Assembly (NCBI RefSeq): GCF_963921235.1
Contig: NC_086108.1
Span: forward strand, 21,948,001 to 22,012,000
Origin: Mobula hypostoma
Lineage: Eukaryota
Length of the DNA stretch: 64,000 nt
Direction: 5' to 3'
Shown one piece after another: positions 14,655 through 26,692 of the stretch. Both the position numbers and the translations under genes were made by a program. The notes below the pieces were generated by a model that worked only from the letters and a program-made list of their open reading frames with translations, was not told the DNA's origin and searched no databases. Position 1 is the first letter of the stretch, and the number at the start of each line of letters is the position of its first letter.

Positions 14655-16410
14655 TTTGACCAAGAAGGTTTTAAATGGTCCAAGTACCGTCTCCGGAAAG
14701 CCAGCTCATGGGTGAAGTGCCAATTCAGGACTAAACTTGGAAATAGCAAAGGATGCTTGACAGTTATAGCAGGGCTCAAATACTATCATCTCTTATAAAG
14801 TGAAATCAAGCAACATATATGACGACAAGGCTTGGCTTCCCGATGAGCTTAATGCCTTCTATGCTCACTTTGACTGTCAAAACATGGAGGAACCATCACG
14901 GACACCCACAGCCCCTGATAATTCTGTGGTTTTAGTTGCTGAGGCCGATATATGAGCAGCCTTCAGGAGGGTGAACCCATGAAAAGCATCTGGCCCAGAC
15001 AGGATACCTGGCCAAGTACTAAAAACCTGTGCTGATCAACTGGCTGGAGTGTTCACTGAGATCTTTAACCTCTCGCTTTGCCTGACTGAGGTACCCACCT
15101 ACTTTAAGCAGACTTCAATTATACCAATGCTAAGAAGAACACAGTAATCTGCCTCAATAACTATCGTCCATTACCACTTGCACTCGCAGTGATTAAGTGT
15201 TTTGAGAGGTTGGTGATGAAACGTATCAACTCCTGGCTGGGAAGTGATTTAGATCTGCTCCAATTTGCCTGCAAGTTCACAGCCGATGTTATCTCATTGG
15301 CTTTTTACTCAACCCTGGAACATCTGCATATATCATGATGCTCTTTCTTGACTACAGCTCAGTATTCAATTCCATCATTCCCTCCGAACTAATCAATAAG
15401 CTCCAAGACTTCAATACCTCTTTAGGCAATTGAATCCTTGATTTCCTCACTTGTAGACCCCAGTCAGTTCAGATTGGCAACAACATCTCCTCCACGGTCT
15501 CCATCAGCACAGGTGCACCACAATGCTGTGTGCTTAATCCCCTGCTCTACTTGCTTTATGCCTATGACTGTGTGGCTAAGCACAGCTCCAATGTCCTGTT
15601 CAGTTTGCTGATGATGCCCCTGTCAGGCCAAATCGAAGATGGTGACGAATCATCATATAGGAGGGAGATTGAAAATCTGGCTGAATGGTACCATAGCAAC
15701 AACCTCTTACTCAATGTCTGCATGAGATTATTGGGAGGAGGAGGAAGCCAGTCCTCATCAGAGGATCAGAGGTGGAGAGGGTCAGCAACTTTAAATTCCT
15801 CGGTGTTATTATTTTGGAGGACCTTTCCTGCGTCCATCACGAGTGCAATTACAAAAAAAGCATGGCAGCACCTCTACTTCCTTAGGAGTTTGTGAAGATT
15901 TGGCACGACTTCTATAACTTTAACTAACTTCTATAGATAGGTAATGGTAAGTGTATTGACTGGCTACATCACAGCCTGGTATGGAAACACCAATGCCCTT
16001 GAATGGAAAATCCTGCAAAAAGTAGTGAATACGGCCCAGTCCAGCATGGGTAAACCCCCTCCCCACCATTGAGCACATCTACATGAAATGCTGTCACTGG
16101 AAAGAAGCATCCACCCTCAGGGGCTACCACCACCCTGGACATGCTCTCTTCTTACTGCTTTCATCAGTAAGACAGTGCAGGAGACCCACACCACCAAGTT
16201 CAATAATTATTATTATTTCTTTCTTCTACTTGCACAGTGTTTTGTTTATTGCACACTGGATGAATGCCCAAGTTGATGCATTCTTTCATTGATTCTGTTA
16301 CGGTTATTATTCTGTTACCGATTTATTAAGGATGTCTCCAAGAAAACGAATCTCAGGGTTGTATATGGTGACGTATGTACTTTGATAATAAATTGACTTT
16401 GACTTTGAGA
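14655..16410 (+). mobile_element. Degenerate Rex1/Babar-type LINE (RT and 3' tail)
   Basis: '[17 protein letters not shown]', 'DYSSVFNSII', 'TGAPQ', '[15 protein letters not shown]'. Tail 'aataaattgactttgactttga'. Confidence 0.85.
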
Positions 16411-18754
16411 TTCATCCTCCCACAGGGAGCCAAAAACAAAGAAATACCGTGGAACACATTCAAGAAAACATCAAATACCCAATGTGTGAGAAAAGAACGA
16501 ATTGCACAAATGGCAATGCACAGGCAAACACACATAGAATTTCGAACATCACACCAGAAGTCCAGTAGTAGTTGGGCCTAACTGCCCTTTTTGTGTTGTA
16601 TAGCTAGGACAATATGACCATAGACAGTGAATTGGATGCATTTGTTTTGATGTGAGCCCCAGAACTACATGGAAGTCACTAGGGAAGTCAGTCCATCATT
16701 GTTTTGCCCTTTAATGACTTGCTTAAAGTGGAGTTGGTGGAAGATGAGGATTGTGTATATAGCATACTCTCATACACTGTACATTTGACAGTGTGGGCTT
16801 GTGTCTTTGTTGTGTTTGGAGGAAAAAATATATAATTCCATTCTATGTAATTCTCCAGGAAACCAAGATGAATTATTTTGCAATTTAATAAGCGTGCATC
16901 TGCTTCAGATTTTATCCCTCGCTGAAACCCCCTTTATGCAATCTCATGACAAACTTTTCCAGCCCTTTTGCTTTTCTAAGCTGTGTTACTTTTTTAATGG
17001 CCTCTTGTCCATCTCTAAAGTTAATGAAACCATTTGTAGTTATGGCGATATTACAGCAATGTAGACCTTGAAATCGTGAATTCCTTCTCTCAACCTCTCT
17101 GCACTCTTTCCTTCTGTAAGATTCTTCAGGCTTTTATCTCCTCCAATGTGACTTAGAATGTTTGCCGTATGTTGGACACTTACAAAGGAAGGAAACTAGG
17201 GAGCCTGGATCTTTCTGTGCTAATGTGGAAATATTGCAGAAGAATTTTGAATGAAGTAAAAAAAAATGTATTATGACAAATACATGTTCTGTACACTTTT
17301 GAATACGTGAACATCACATGCCTTTGTTTGTTGTCATTATTATTTGTGGAACCTGTACAGTTAAGTAAGTAACAAATAGGCAAACTTATTGAAGGTAAGC
17401 AAACACAGCAGAAAAGACATTGACGCAATAATAACCAGGTTCTTGTAGGTCTGGATGCATTTTGAATATAGCGCACCCATACCCCTTAAAAAAAACAACT
17501 TTTAAAAAAAAATCAAAATTTGTTCATTAGTTGCTTACATTGAATAGAAGTTCAACAGGCAGCTAATTATTTATAAATACTTAGTCAATAACAAATTAAA
17601 CATTTATTGTATTGTTATTTCATGTTTCTGACTCAGTGATTCTGGTGTGACGGTGATTTGAGTTTACTTTGCTTCGAACAAAATTGGTTGAGGTATTTTT
17701 GATACATGAAACAGATTAATTTGCTGCAGTATCGATGCAGATGTTGATATTTTCAGTCAGTAAGAAAGCTGTTCTCAATAATCTTTCCTGATGATGAACA
17801 GTAGATTAATTTGTCATGTAGGACTCCACCTGTTTGTTCTTTAATTCTGTCCCATGGATAGTACCTCAAACTTGCTATTCTGTACATTCTGCAGATGAGG
17901 TGAACAGGACTCATTTTGCTGATCCTCCTTATGAACCCGTGCACTATGTCCTATTTGGTGGCAGTTAAAATGTAGATGTTCTGAAGCCAGGTGACTTGTA
18001 TAAAAGCAGAAATGAGACTTCTTGTTTCCAATTTTCTTGGCTGACTTTCCATCTCTGGCAGGACTGTGGTCCATTGTTTTTCATCAATCCAAGTTGCTTG
18101 TGCCATCAGTGGGACTCAGCTGACAGTAAGTGCATGATGCCTTTACCAACTTGGGGTTAGCTGCTATCCAATACCTCTTAGTCGTGTCAAGAATGAAATT
18201 CAGTGCACTATCCATGCACTTAGCAGTCTTGTGTAATTCCTCTTGTGTCAGATCCATTGCTTGGATTTTCTCATTTGTCAGCCCGCATGCTAAAAGATCC
18301 TAAAGCACACAATCTAGTGAGGTCTGAAGGGGCAGCATATAATTATTCTCTTCAATCTGACAAATATTCATCAATCATCTCATCAATTTCTAGGTTGTAT
18401 GATCCAAATGTGTAACTCTTTAAGTTTCTGGGGGTGCTTGATTAAAATGTCACTTCAGGGTTTGTAACTATATCTTCAAGAGAGATCTTGGCCATGGTGT
18501 GCGGCACTACTACACTCACTACCAATTTGTATTTTTCAACTGGTGATGATATCACCACCATCTTCACACGTATGTTTGCATTGATCAACTTTGCATCATC
18601 TTTGAGACCTCAGCAATATAGACCTCAGCATAATGGAGCATTGACCAGCAGCCAATGCAGATATCAGAAGATTGAGAGGAGTGGATTTCAATCAGGTCCA
18701 CTGCCCAAGTAGAAAAGGCAGCAGCAAGTGGGATATGGCAGTGTAATAGAGCAT

Positions 18755-20745
18755 TGTAATATTAATGAGGCAGCTTACAGAGAAGAAGTCATCACCCTGA
18801 CACAGTGGTGTCAAGAAAACAACCTCTCCCTCAACATCACAAAATCAAAGGAGCTGGTTATGGACTACTGGAGGAATGGAGACAAGCTAGCCCCTATTGA
18901 CATCAATCACGGGACTCTGTAGAGAGTGGTGTGGACAGCCCAGTGCATCGGTAGATGTAAACTTCCCACTACAGGTGTCCCCCGCTTTTCGAACGTTCGC
19001 TTTACGAAACCTCACTGTTACGAAAGACCTACATTAGTTCCCTGTTTTCACTTACAGAAGGTGTTTTCACTGTTACAAATAAAGGCAGCGCACGGGAAAA
19101 GCAGCGCGCAAAAAAAATCAGCACGCGCCCGAGCAGCCGCTCTCCCCCGGATTCGGAACGGCATTCTAGCCGGCATTGCTTAAACACGTGCCTGTGAGTA
19201 GCCGTTATCAAGGTGAGCTCTAAGGTATTGGAAAAGCCTGAAAGAGCTCGTAAGGGTGTTGCATTTAGCATAAAACTAGACATAATTAAGTGTTTTGGTT
19301 GTGGTGAACGAGGTAAAGACAAGGCGAGTTTGGCTTGTGGAAGTTGATGAAGATGATGTTGAAGAGGCTTTGACATCCCATGACCAAGAACTGATAGATG
19401 AAGAGCTACTGCAATTGGAAGAGGAAGGGATAACAATCGAAACCGAATGCTGCAGCGAACAGGCCGCGGACAGATACCGATTCGCAGAGAATGCAGCGGT
19501 AGCTGGAATGCATCCAGCACGTCTTTAAGAAAAAAGCCGAAATTAACATGCTAATTAATTTAGTGCCGCCCGGCACGTAAATGTCGACCCAGATCAGAGG
19601 CGATTGGGTCGCCTCTGATCTGGGCTGACAATTACATGCCGAGCGGCACCTAATTAATTAGCATGTTTATTTCGGCTTTTTCTTAAAGACGTGCTGGATG
19701 CATTCCAGCTACCGCTGCATTCTCCGCGAATCGGTCTCTGTCCACGGCCTGTTCGCTGCAGCATTCGGTTTCGATTGTTATCCTTTCCTCTTCCAATTGC
19801 AGTAGCTCTTCATCTATCAGTTCTTGGTCATGGGATGTCAAAGCCTCTTCAACATCATCTTCATCAACTTCCACAAGCCAAACTCGCCTTGTCTTTACTT
19901 CGTTCACCACAATCAAAACACCATCATCAGTGTGCTCAACAAACCGTCTTCCCGATTCCAGTAAGTGATACTACACTGTACATACATTATTTCTACTTTA
20001 TAATAGGCTGTGTATTTTTACATGTTATTTGATATGATTTGGCAGTTTCATAGCTTAAAGGTTACTGGAGAGCGCTTGCGCCGTGTTTCTGCTGAGACCG
20101 CTTGCGTGAGATTTTCACTACGGTGGACAGTGCAGCAATGATTGTGGAAAAGTATTTCTACTTTATATAGGCTGTATATTTATCATATCATTCCTGCTTT
20201 TGCTATATGTTACTGTTATTTTAGGTTTTATGTGTTATTTGGCATGATTTGGTAGGTTATTTTTGGATCTGTGAATGCTCACAAATTTTTCCCATATAAA
20301 TAAATGGTAATTGCTTCTTCGCTTTACGACATTCTGGCTTACGAACCGTTTCATAGGAACACTCTACCTTCGGATGGCGGGGGAAACCTGTATTCAGGAC
20401 ATTTACAAAGACAGGTGTGTAAAAAGGGCCCGAAGGATCATGGGGGGCCCAAGTCATCCCAACCACAAACTGTTCCAGCTGCTACCATCTGGGAAATGGT
20501 ACCGCAGCATAAAAACCAGGACCAACAGACCTCAGGACAGCTTCTTCCACCAGGCCATCAGACTGCTTAACTCATGCTGTAATTCATGCTTAATTCAACT
20601 GTATTTCTATGTTATATTGACTCCTGTTGTACATAATATTTATTATAAATTGCATATTGCACATTTAGACAGAGATGGAACGTAAAGATTTTTATTCCTC
20701 ATGTATACGAAGGATGTATGTAATAAAATCAATTCATTTCAATTC
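18755..20745 (+). mobile_element. Rex1/Babar-type 3' fragment interrupted by a Tigger element
   Basis: 'EAAYREEVITLTQWCQENNLSLNITKSKELVMDY' on the left and 'IQDIYKDRC...LFQLLPSGKWYRSIKTRTNR' on the right join across the TA insertion site. Confidence 0.85.
18972..20390 (+). mobile_element. Non-autonomous Tigger/pogo-type DNA transposon with internal foldback
   Basis: TA on both sides (18970-18971, 20391-20392). Imperfect terminal inverted repeats (TIRs) CAGGTGTCCCCCGC / GCGGGGGAAACCTG. Acidic pogo-like remnant 'EVDEDDVEEALTSHDQELIDEELLQLEEE'. Confidence 0.85.
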
Positions 20746-20779
20746 ACTGATTGTGATTGATTAGCAAGAGCAAATTAAA

Positions 20780-23555
20780 GGAAGGCAGGCCAAACGCAGC
20801 AGCCGTCGTCTGAGTGGACAAAGTCAGAGTGGTGATCTTGAGGCTTTAGCTCTTCGAGACTTTAGAGAAACAGCAAAAAAAAAGCACTAGGTTAAGTTTT
20901 TTTTCCTTCCCTTCTTTATATCTGCATTGTTAGGACAGTAGGGATGCCAGACAGCACAGTGGAATGCTCCTCTTGCAGGATGTGGAAAGGCAGGGAGACC
21001 TCCGGTATTCCTGACAACTGCAAATGCTGTGAGAAAGGCATCCAGCTGTAGCATCTGACAATTTGTGTTAAGGAGTTGGAACTGGAACTGGATGAACTCT
21101 GGATCATTCAGGTGGCTGAAAGGGAGATGGGTAAGACATATGGAGCGGTAGTTACATCCAAGGTGCAGGACACAGGGGTCCAGAAGCGGAAAGGGGTTAA
21201 GGAGTACCCCTGAACAAAAGGTATATCACTTTAGGTACTGTTAGGGGAGAGGGAGTGGATGACCAAACATAGAAAAGACACAGTGGTCAGGTCTCTGGCA
21301 TTGAGTTTACCTCTGTGACTTAGAAGGGAGTGGGGAGAGGTGGAACGCTGTGGGGATAAGGGATTCATTAGTTTGGGGAATGGACAGGAGATTTTCTGTA
21401 AGCGAGAACAACAGTATGTTGCCTCCCAGGTGCTAGGGCCTGGGACATCTTGTAATGAAGTCTTCAGCATTCTTAAGCGGGAGGGTGAACAGCCAGAGCT
21501 CATGATCCACATAGGTACCAACGACCTGGGTAGGATGAGTGACTAGGTTCTGCATTGGAAGTTCAGGGAGTTAGGTGCTAAGTTGAAGGGCAGGACCTCC
21601 AGGGTTGTGATCTCAGGATTGCTACCCATGTCACTTGCTAGTGATGCCAGAACTAGGAAGATTATACAGTTGAGCATGTGGCTAAGGCGTTGGTATATTA
21701 GGGAGGACATAAGATTTTTGGATCATTGATCTATCTTCCATGGAAGGTGGGACCTGTACAGAACAGAATGTTTGTGCCTGAACTGGAGCGGAATGAGTGG
21801 GAAGGTTTGTTAATGCTGCATGGTGGGGTTTAAACTAGGAGTTGCAGGGGAATGGGAAAAGGTTGAGTGTGATGGGACTAGTAACCTGAGCTGCTTATAT
21901 TTCAACGCAAGAAGTATATAGGAAAGGCTGCTGAAGATGAGGGAGCTGCTTTACAAACAGGAAATGTGTAGTGAGGAGAGGCTGTTGATGGGGCAAAATT
22001 GCAGTCAGCAGGATGAGTTGCAACTTAAAAGACATAAAATTGAATAAGATGAATACAGGACTAAAGGTGTTATATTTGAATGCACGCAGTATACAGAATA
22101 AGGTAGGTGAACTTGTAGCACAGTTACAGATTGGCATGTATGATGTAAGCATCACTGAATCATGACTGAAAGAAGATTATAGCTGGGAGCTCAATGTTCA
22201 AGGATACACATTGTATCGAATGGGTAGGCAGGAAGGCAGGAACATTGCTCTTGGTAAAAAATGAAATCAAATCTTTAGCAACAGGTGACAAAGGGTCAGA
22301 AGGTGATGAATCATTGTGGATAGAGCTAAGGAACTGCAAGGGTAAAAAGACCCTGATGGGAGTTGTATACAAACCTCCAAACAGTAGTAAGGATGTGGTC
22401 TACAAATTACAGTGGGAGATAGAAAATGCATGCCAAAAGGGTAGTGTTAAAATAGTCATGGGGGATTTCAATATGTAAGTAGATTGGAAAAATCAAGTTG
22501 GTGCTGGATTCCAAGAGGGGGTATTTCGAGAATGCCTATAAGATGGCTTTTTAGAGCAGTTTGTGGTTGAGCCCACTTAGGGGTTCAGCTATTCTGGATA
22601 GGGAGTTGTGCAATGAACTGGAATTGATCAGAGAACTTAAGGTAAAAGAACCCTTAGGGACAAGTGATCATAATATGATCAAATTCACCCTGAAATCTAA
22701 GGAGAAGCTAAAGTCAGATGTATCAATATTACAGTGGAGTAAAGGGAATTACAGAGGACATGAGAGAGGAATTGTTTGGAAAAGAACACTGGTAGGGAAG
22801 ATGGCAGAGCAGCAATGGCTGGAATTTCTGGAAGCAGTTAGAAGGCACAGAATATTTACATCCCGTAGAGGGAGAAGTGTTCTAAAGGCAAGAAGACACA
22901 ACCATGGCTAACAAGGGAAGTCAAAGCCAACATAAAAGCCAAAAGCGGACATATAATAGAGCAAAAATTAGTGGGAAGTTAGAGGATTGGGAAGCTTTTA
23001 AAAACCAATAAAAGGCCACTAAGAAAGTCATTAAGAAAGTAAAAATAGAATGTGAAAATAAGCTAGTCAATAATATTGGAGAGGATACCAAAGGTTTCTT
23101 CAGATACATGAAGTGTAAAAGAGAAGTGAGATTGGATATCAAACTGCTGGAAAATGATCCTGGAGATGGGGGACAAGGTAATGATAGATGAACTGAATAA
23201 GTATTTTGCATCAGACACAAGTAGCATGGTGGAAGTTCCAGTGCTAGGGGTCATGAAGCATTTGAAATTACCATTTCTTGAGAGTAGGTTCTTGGGAAAC
23301 TAAAAGATCTGAAGGTAGATAAGTCACCTGGACCAGATGGTGTACACCCCAAGGTTCTGTAAGAGATAGCTGAAGAGATTGTGGAGGCTTTAGTAATAAT
23401 CTTTCAAGAATCACTAGATTCTGGAATGATTTTAGAAGATTGGGAAATTACAAATGTCACTCCGTTCTTCTAGAAGCGAGAAAGGCAGAAGAAAGGAAAC
23501 TGTAAGCCAGTTAGTCTTACCTCAGTGGTCGGGAAGATGTTGGTGTTGATTATCA
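20780..23555 (+). mobile_element. 3'-truncated CR1 LINE with ORF1 (zinc finger plus SGNH-esterase-like) and ORF2 endonuclease
   Basis: ORF1 'VECSSCRMW...C' and 'EQPELMIHIGTNDLGR'. ORF2 'LYLNARSI', 'IVMGDFN', 'LGTSDHNMI', 'DKSPGPDGVHP'. Confidence 0.9.
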
Positions 23556-23674
23556 CCAAAGTGATTGACATAGCCTTTTCCAAACAAATATTCTTTCTTG
23601 AAGAAGAATAACACTCAGCTAAGAGGGTCTGAGGTAATCAAAGCCAAACCAATAGATTCACGGAATTCGTAAAC

Positions 23675-24165
23675 TTTCAAAGTTCAAAGTAAATTTATAT
23701 TCAGAGTACATATATATACTGAGATTCTTTTTTTTGTGGGCTATCACAGTCAGTAGAAGAAACAGAATAAAATCAATGGAAGACCACACCCACTATGATG
23801 GACGAACAATCAATGTGCTAAAGACAACAAATAGTACAAGTACAAAAAGAAGGAAAACTAATAATAAATAATCAATAATAAGAGAATAATAATAAATAAG
23901 AGAAAATTAGATGAAGAGTCCTTGAAAGTGAGTCCATATGTGATGGGGCAAATGAGTGAAGTTGAGTGAAGTTATCCCCTTTGATTCAAGAGCCTGATAG
24001 TCGAGGGGTAATAAGTGTTCCTGAACCTGGTAATGTGGGTCCTGAGGCTCCTGTGCCTTCTTTTGACAGCGATGAGAAGAGAGCATAACCTTGATGATGA
24101 ATGTTTTCCTGCGTCAGTGCTCCGTGTAGTTGTACTTAACAGTGGGGAGGCCTTTACCCGTGATG
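23675..24165 (-). mobile_element. Rex1/Babar-type 3' end
   Basis: 'RSLRTHITRFRNTYYPSTIRLLN'. Tail 'aaagttcaaagtaaattta'. Confidence 0.8.
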
Positions 24166-24452
24166 GTATAGCACAAAGGAGCAGATTGCTCAGTTTTGGG
24201 GAGTTCTCCATTTTCCCTTGATCAAAATTTGAATGGAAATTTCATTGGTTGTATCTACTGAGCCCATTTGTGTAAGAATGCAGTTCTGGCAAGTTCATGG
24301 TAACCAGATTGTTGTAGTTAAAACACTGCTTTAATCTTCATGTCACATGTTTCAGCATAGAAATGTGTCTTGCAATTTGAATAATCCTGCAGTTGGTGCA
24401 GTCTTTTGGCAGGCTTGAAGTTGTGGGGTTGACCAATGTCATTCTTGCACAG

Positions 24453-24579
24453 GTAAACGTCGATATGCTACAAGATCAACAGGTGGAGTTCTCAAAAGGA
24501 CGAATGCTGCGGCGGACAGTTAGCGTTCCATCCGAGGGACAGTTCCCAGACTATCAACAGGATGGCAACACTAAACTGG
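24453..24579 (+). CDS. RASAL2: Internal coding exon of Ras GTPase-activating protein nGAP (N-terminal region of the long isoform; phase 0 to phase 1)
   Basis: Acceptor 'attcttgcacAG', donor 'G|GTGAGT', 127 bp. Encodes VNVDMLQDQQVEFSKGRMLRRTVSVPSEGQFPDYQQDGNTKL, collinear with human RASAL2 as recalled (IPVEGGQEQQTDSTKGRCLRRTVSVPSEGQFPEYPPEGATKL). Confidence 0.92.
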
Positions 24580-26692
24580 GTGAGTTCAGCCGGGCTGCAG
24601 TACTGAGTAATGCTTACTGATTGAATCTCTGGTTTTCACATCTTGATTGCACATTGTCTCTAAGGATGCCCTCTAATGGACAAAATGTGAAATCTAATTT
24701 GCAAAGGGAAACTATCTTTCCAGCTCAACAGGTAATGTCGCCATCTCCTGGCTGTTGTGTTAACTACCTGCCCAAGTTCAATACAGCTTGCTAGGGTCAC
24801 TTGTATATTTTTATTCTGCCCCTTTTCTCCCTAAAGCTCTTGTGTCCTGCTTCGTAAAATAAAAAGATTTAAAAATAGATATGTGAGATAATGTATTCCC
24901 GAATGAGTAGCTTGCATCAGCAGAATCAGTTCTCTGCACTGTTCGAAGATTTCCTTTTTGGGAAATTTGGTGTTTTTTGGAAATGTGATTTTGGAGATAC
25001 AAAATCAGTTGTGAGGAATGGGATTTGTTTGTCTAAAACACAAACCCTTTTATGAAACAACATTTTGTTTAAAAATGTTCAACATTTTGTTTGTTTTCAA
25101 TCAAAATATTTTGTCTGATTTTGGTAGAATTTCTAATCAGACTGGAGAAGTTTCAATGAGTTTTGAAAGGCCTGGAACAAAATTAAAACAAAGCTGCCAA
25201 TGAATTTCAGTTCTATGAGGTATGATGTGAGAGATTCCAATGAATTTGAGAAGTAGCCTCATGGTAGAGCTTGAACCATTACTGCTCAAAATGTTATTGA
25301 TCTTGTTTGAGAAGTATGAGATATTACTGCTTTGACTCAGTTCCTTTTCCCAGTAAGGGAATAAATGCATTCTTTTTATATGCCATCTTTCCAGTAGCAT
25401 GGTGAAGATTGAGATCATTAAATTGTGACTATTAATAGGTTATGTTTTACATCACTGTACAAAGCTGCTCGAAAACCCAAGTCATAATTATTTCTGTTTT
25501 GTTGGGAAAATTCTCCCTTTTTTTTCAATTTATCTCTGTAATTTAAGCAGTGTTATTTTCGACTGGGATCATGCCTCATTTTCTGTCACTTTTATTTGGG
25601 AAAAGAAAATTGAACATATCTCTTTGTAGAATTTGTGAACATAAAACACAAAAATTCCAGTAACTATTTTATGTTGACCTTTGTTAATTGTTGGAACTCG
25701 TTCAAATTTCACTCCCAGTACTGAATAATGCTGTGTTTTATTTGACATGATATGCAGAAATAAGTTATACCCTAAGATGGCCATTACTGCTGTATAATAT
25801 TGTTATTCCAAAATTTTCCTAACTTCAGAGCAAAAAAACAAATGACTGGAGGAAGTCAGCAGGTCAGGCAGTATATGTGGAGGTGAAGGGTAAGATCTGG
25901 GTCAAGATCTGGGCCATGAACCAATTTTATGTATCTTTCTTCACAATGGAATAATTTTAACGTGCCCAGGTAAATTTGGGGGTTGGGGCTACTTAAGTCT
26001 TAACAAGGGTAGAAATGACTTTATGAAATGATAGGACTGAAGGCTGACAAGACTGCAAGTCTAATTGGCTACAGAAATTAGTTCTGTGATATAGCAAAAT
26101 TCCCTAATTCCATCGAGGCAATGATTTCATGTCCTACATAAGATGAAGCAAGACAGCAAATGGGAGACTGTTGGAATTCATTATGAAGGAAGTAACTGCA
26201 GGATACCCAGAAAATCACAGTATCACCAAACCAAGGTGAACTTAAGGGCAACCATTATGATGAATCAAAGTTTGTTGAGGATGTCCTTGGCACTGTGGGT
26301 AAGAGGAATGTGTTTGGATTTTCCAGTGGTTGCTGATAAGGCACCACATAAAAGGTAATTTCCCAAGGCAAAAGTCTGTTGAGATAGGTGTAACATAGTA
26401 AGAAGAACAGTTGGATGGGTACCAGAGCAGACAAGATTGTTGAAATAAATGAGTCATTTTCAGGTGATGAAACTGTACTTTCTGGGGTTCCAGAGGGATC
26501 ACTGTTAATGATTCAACTGTTTACAATCAATGACATGGACCCCAAGAATATAAACAAGAAAGTTCCAAGTAAATTTATTATCAAAGTACATATAAGTTGC
26601 CATATGCTTGAGATTTACTAATAGGCTCAGGAATAGTCGATTTGAATGCTCATGCCTAGTCTGCTAATCATTCACTTCTTGGGTGATATCAT

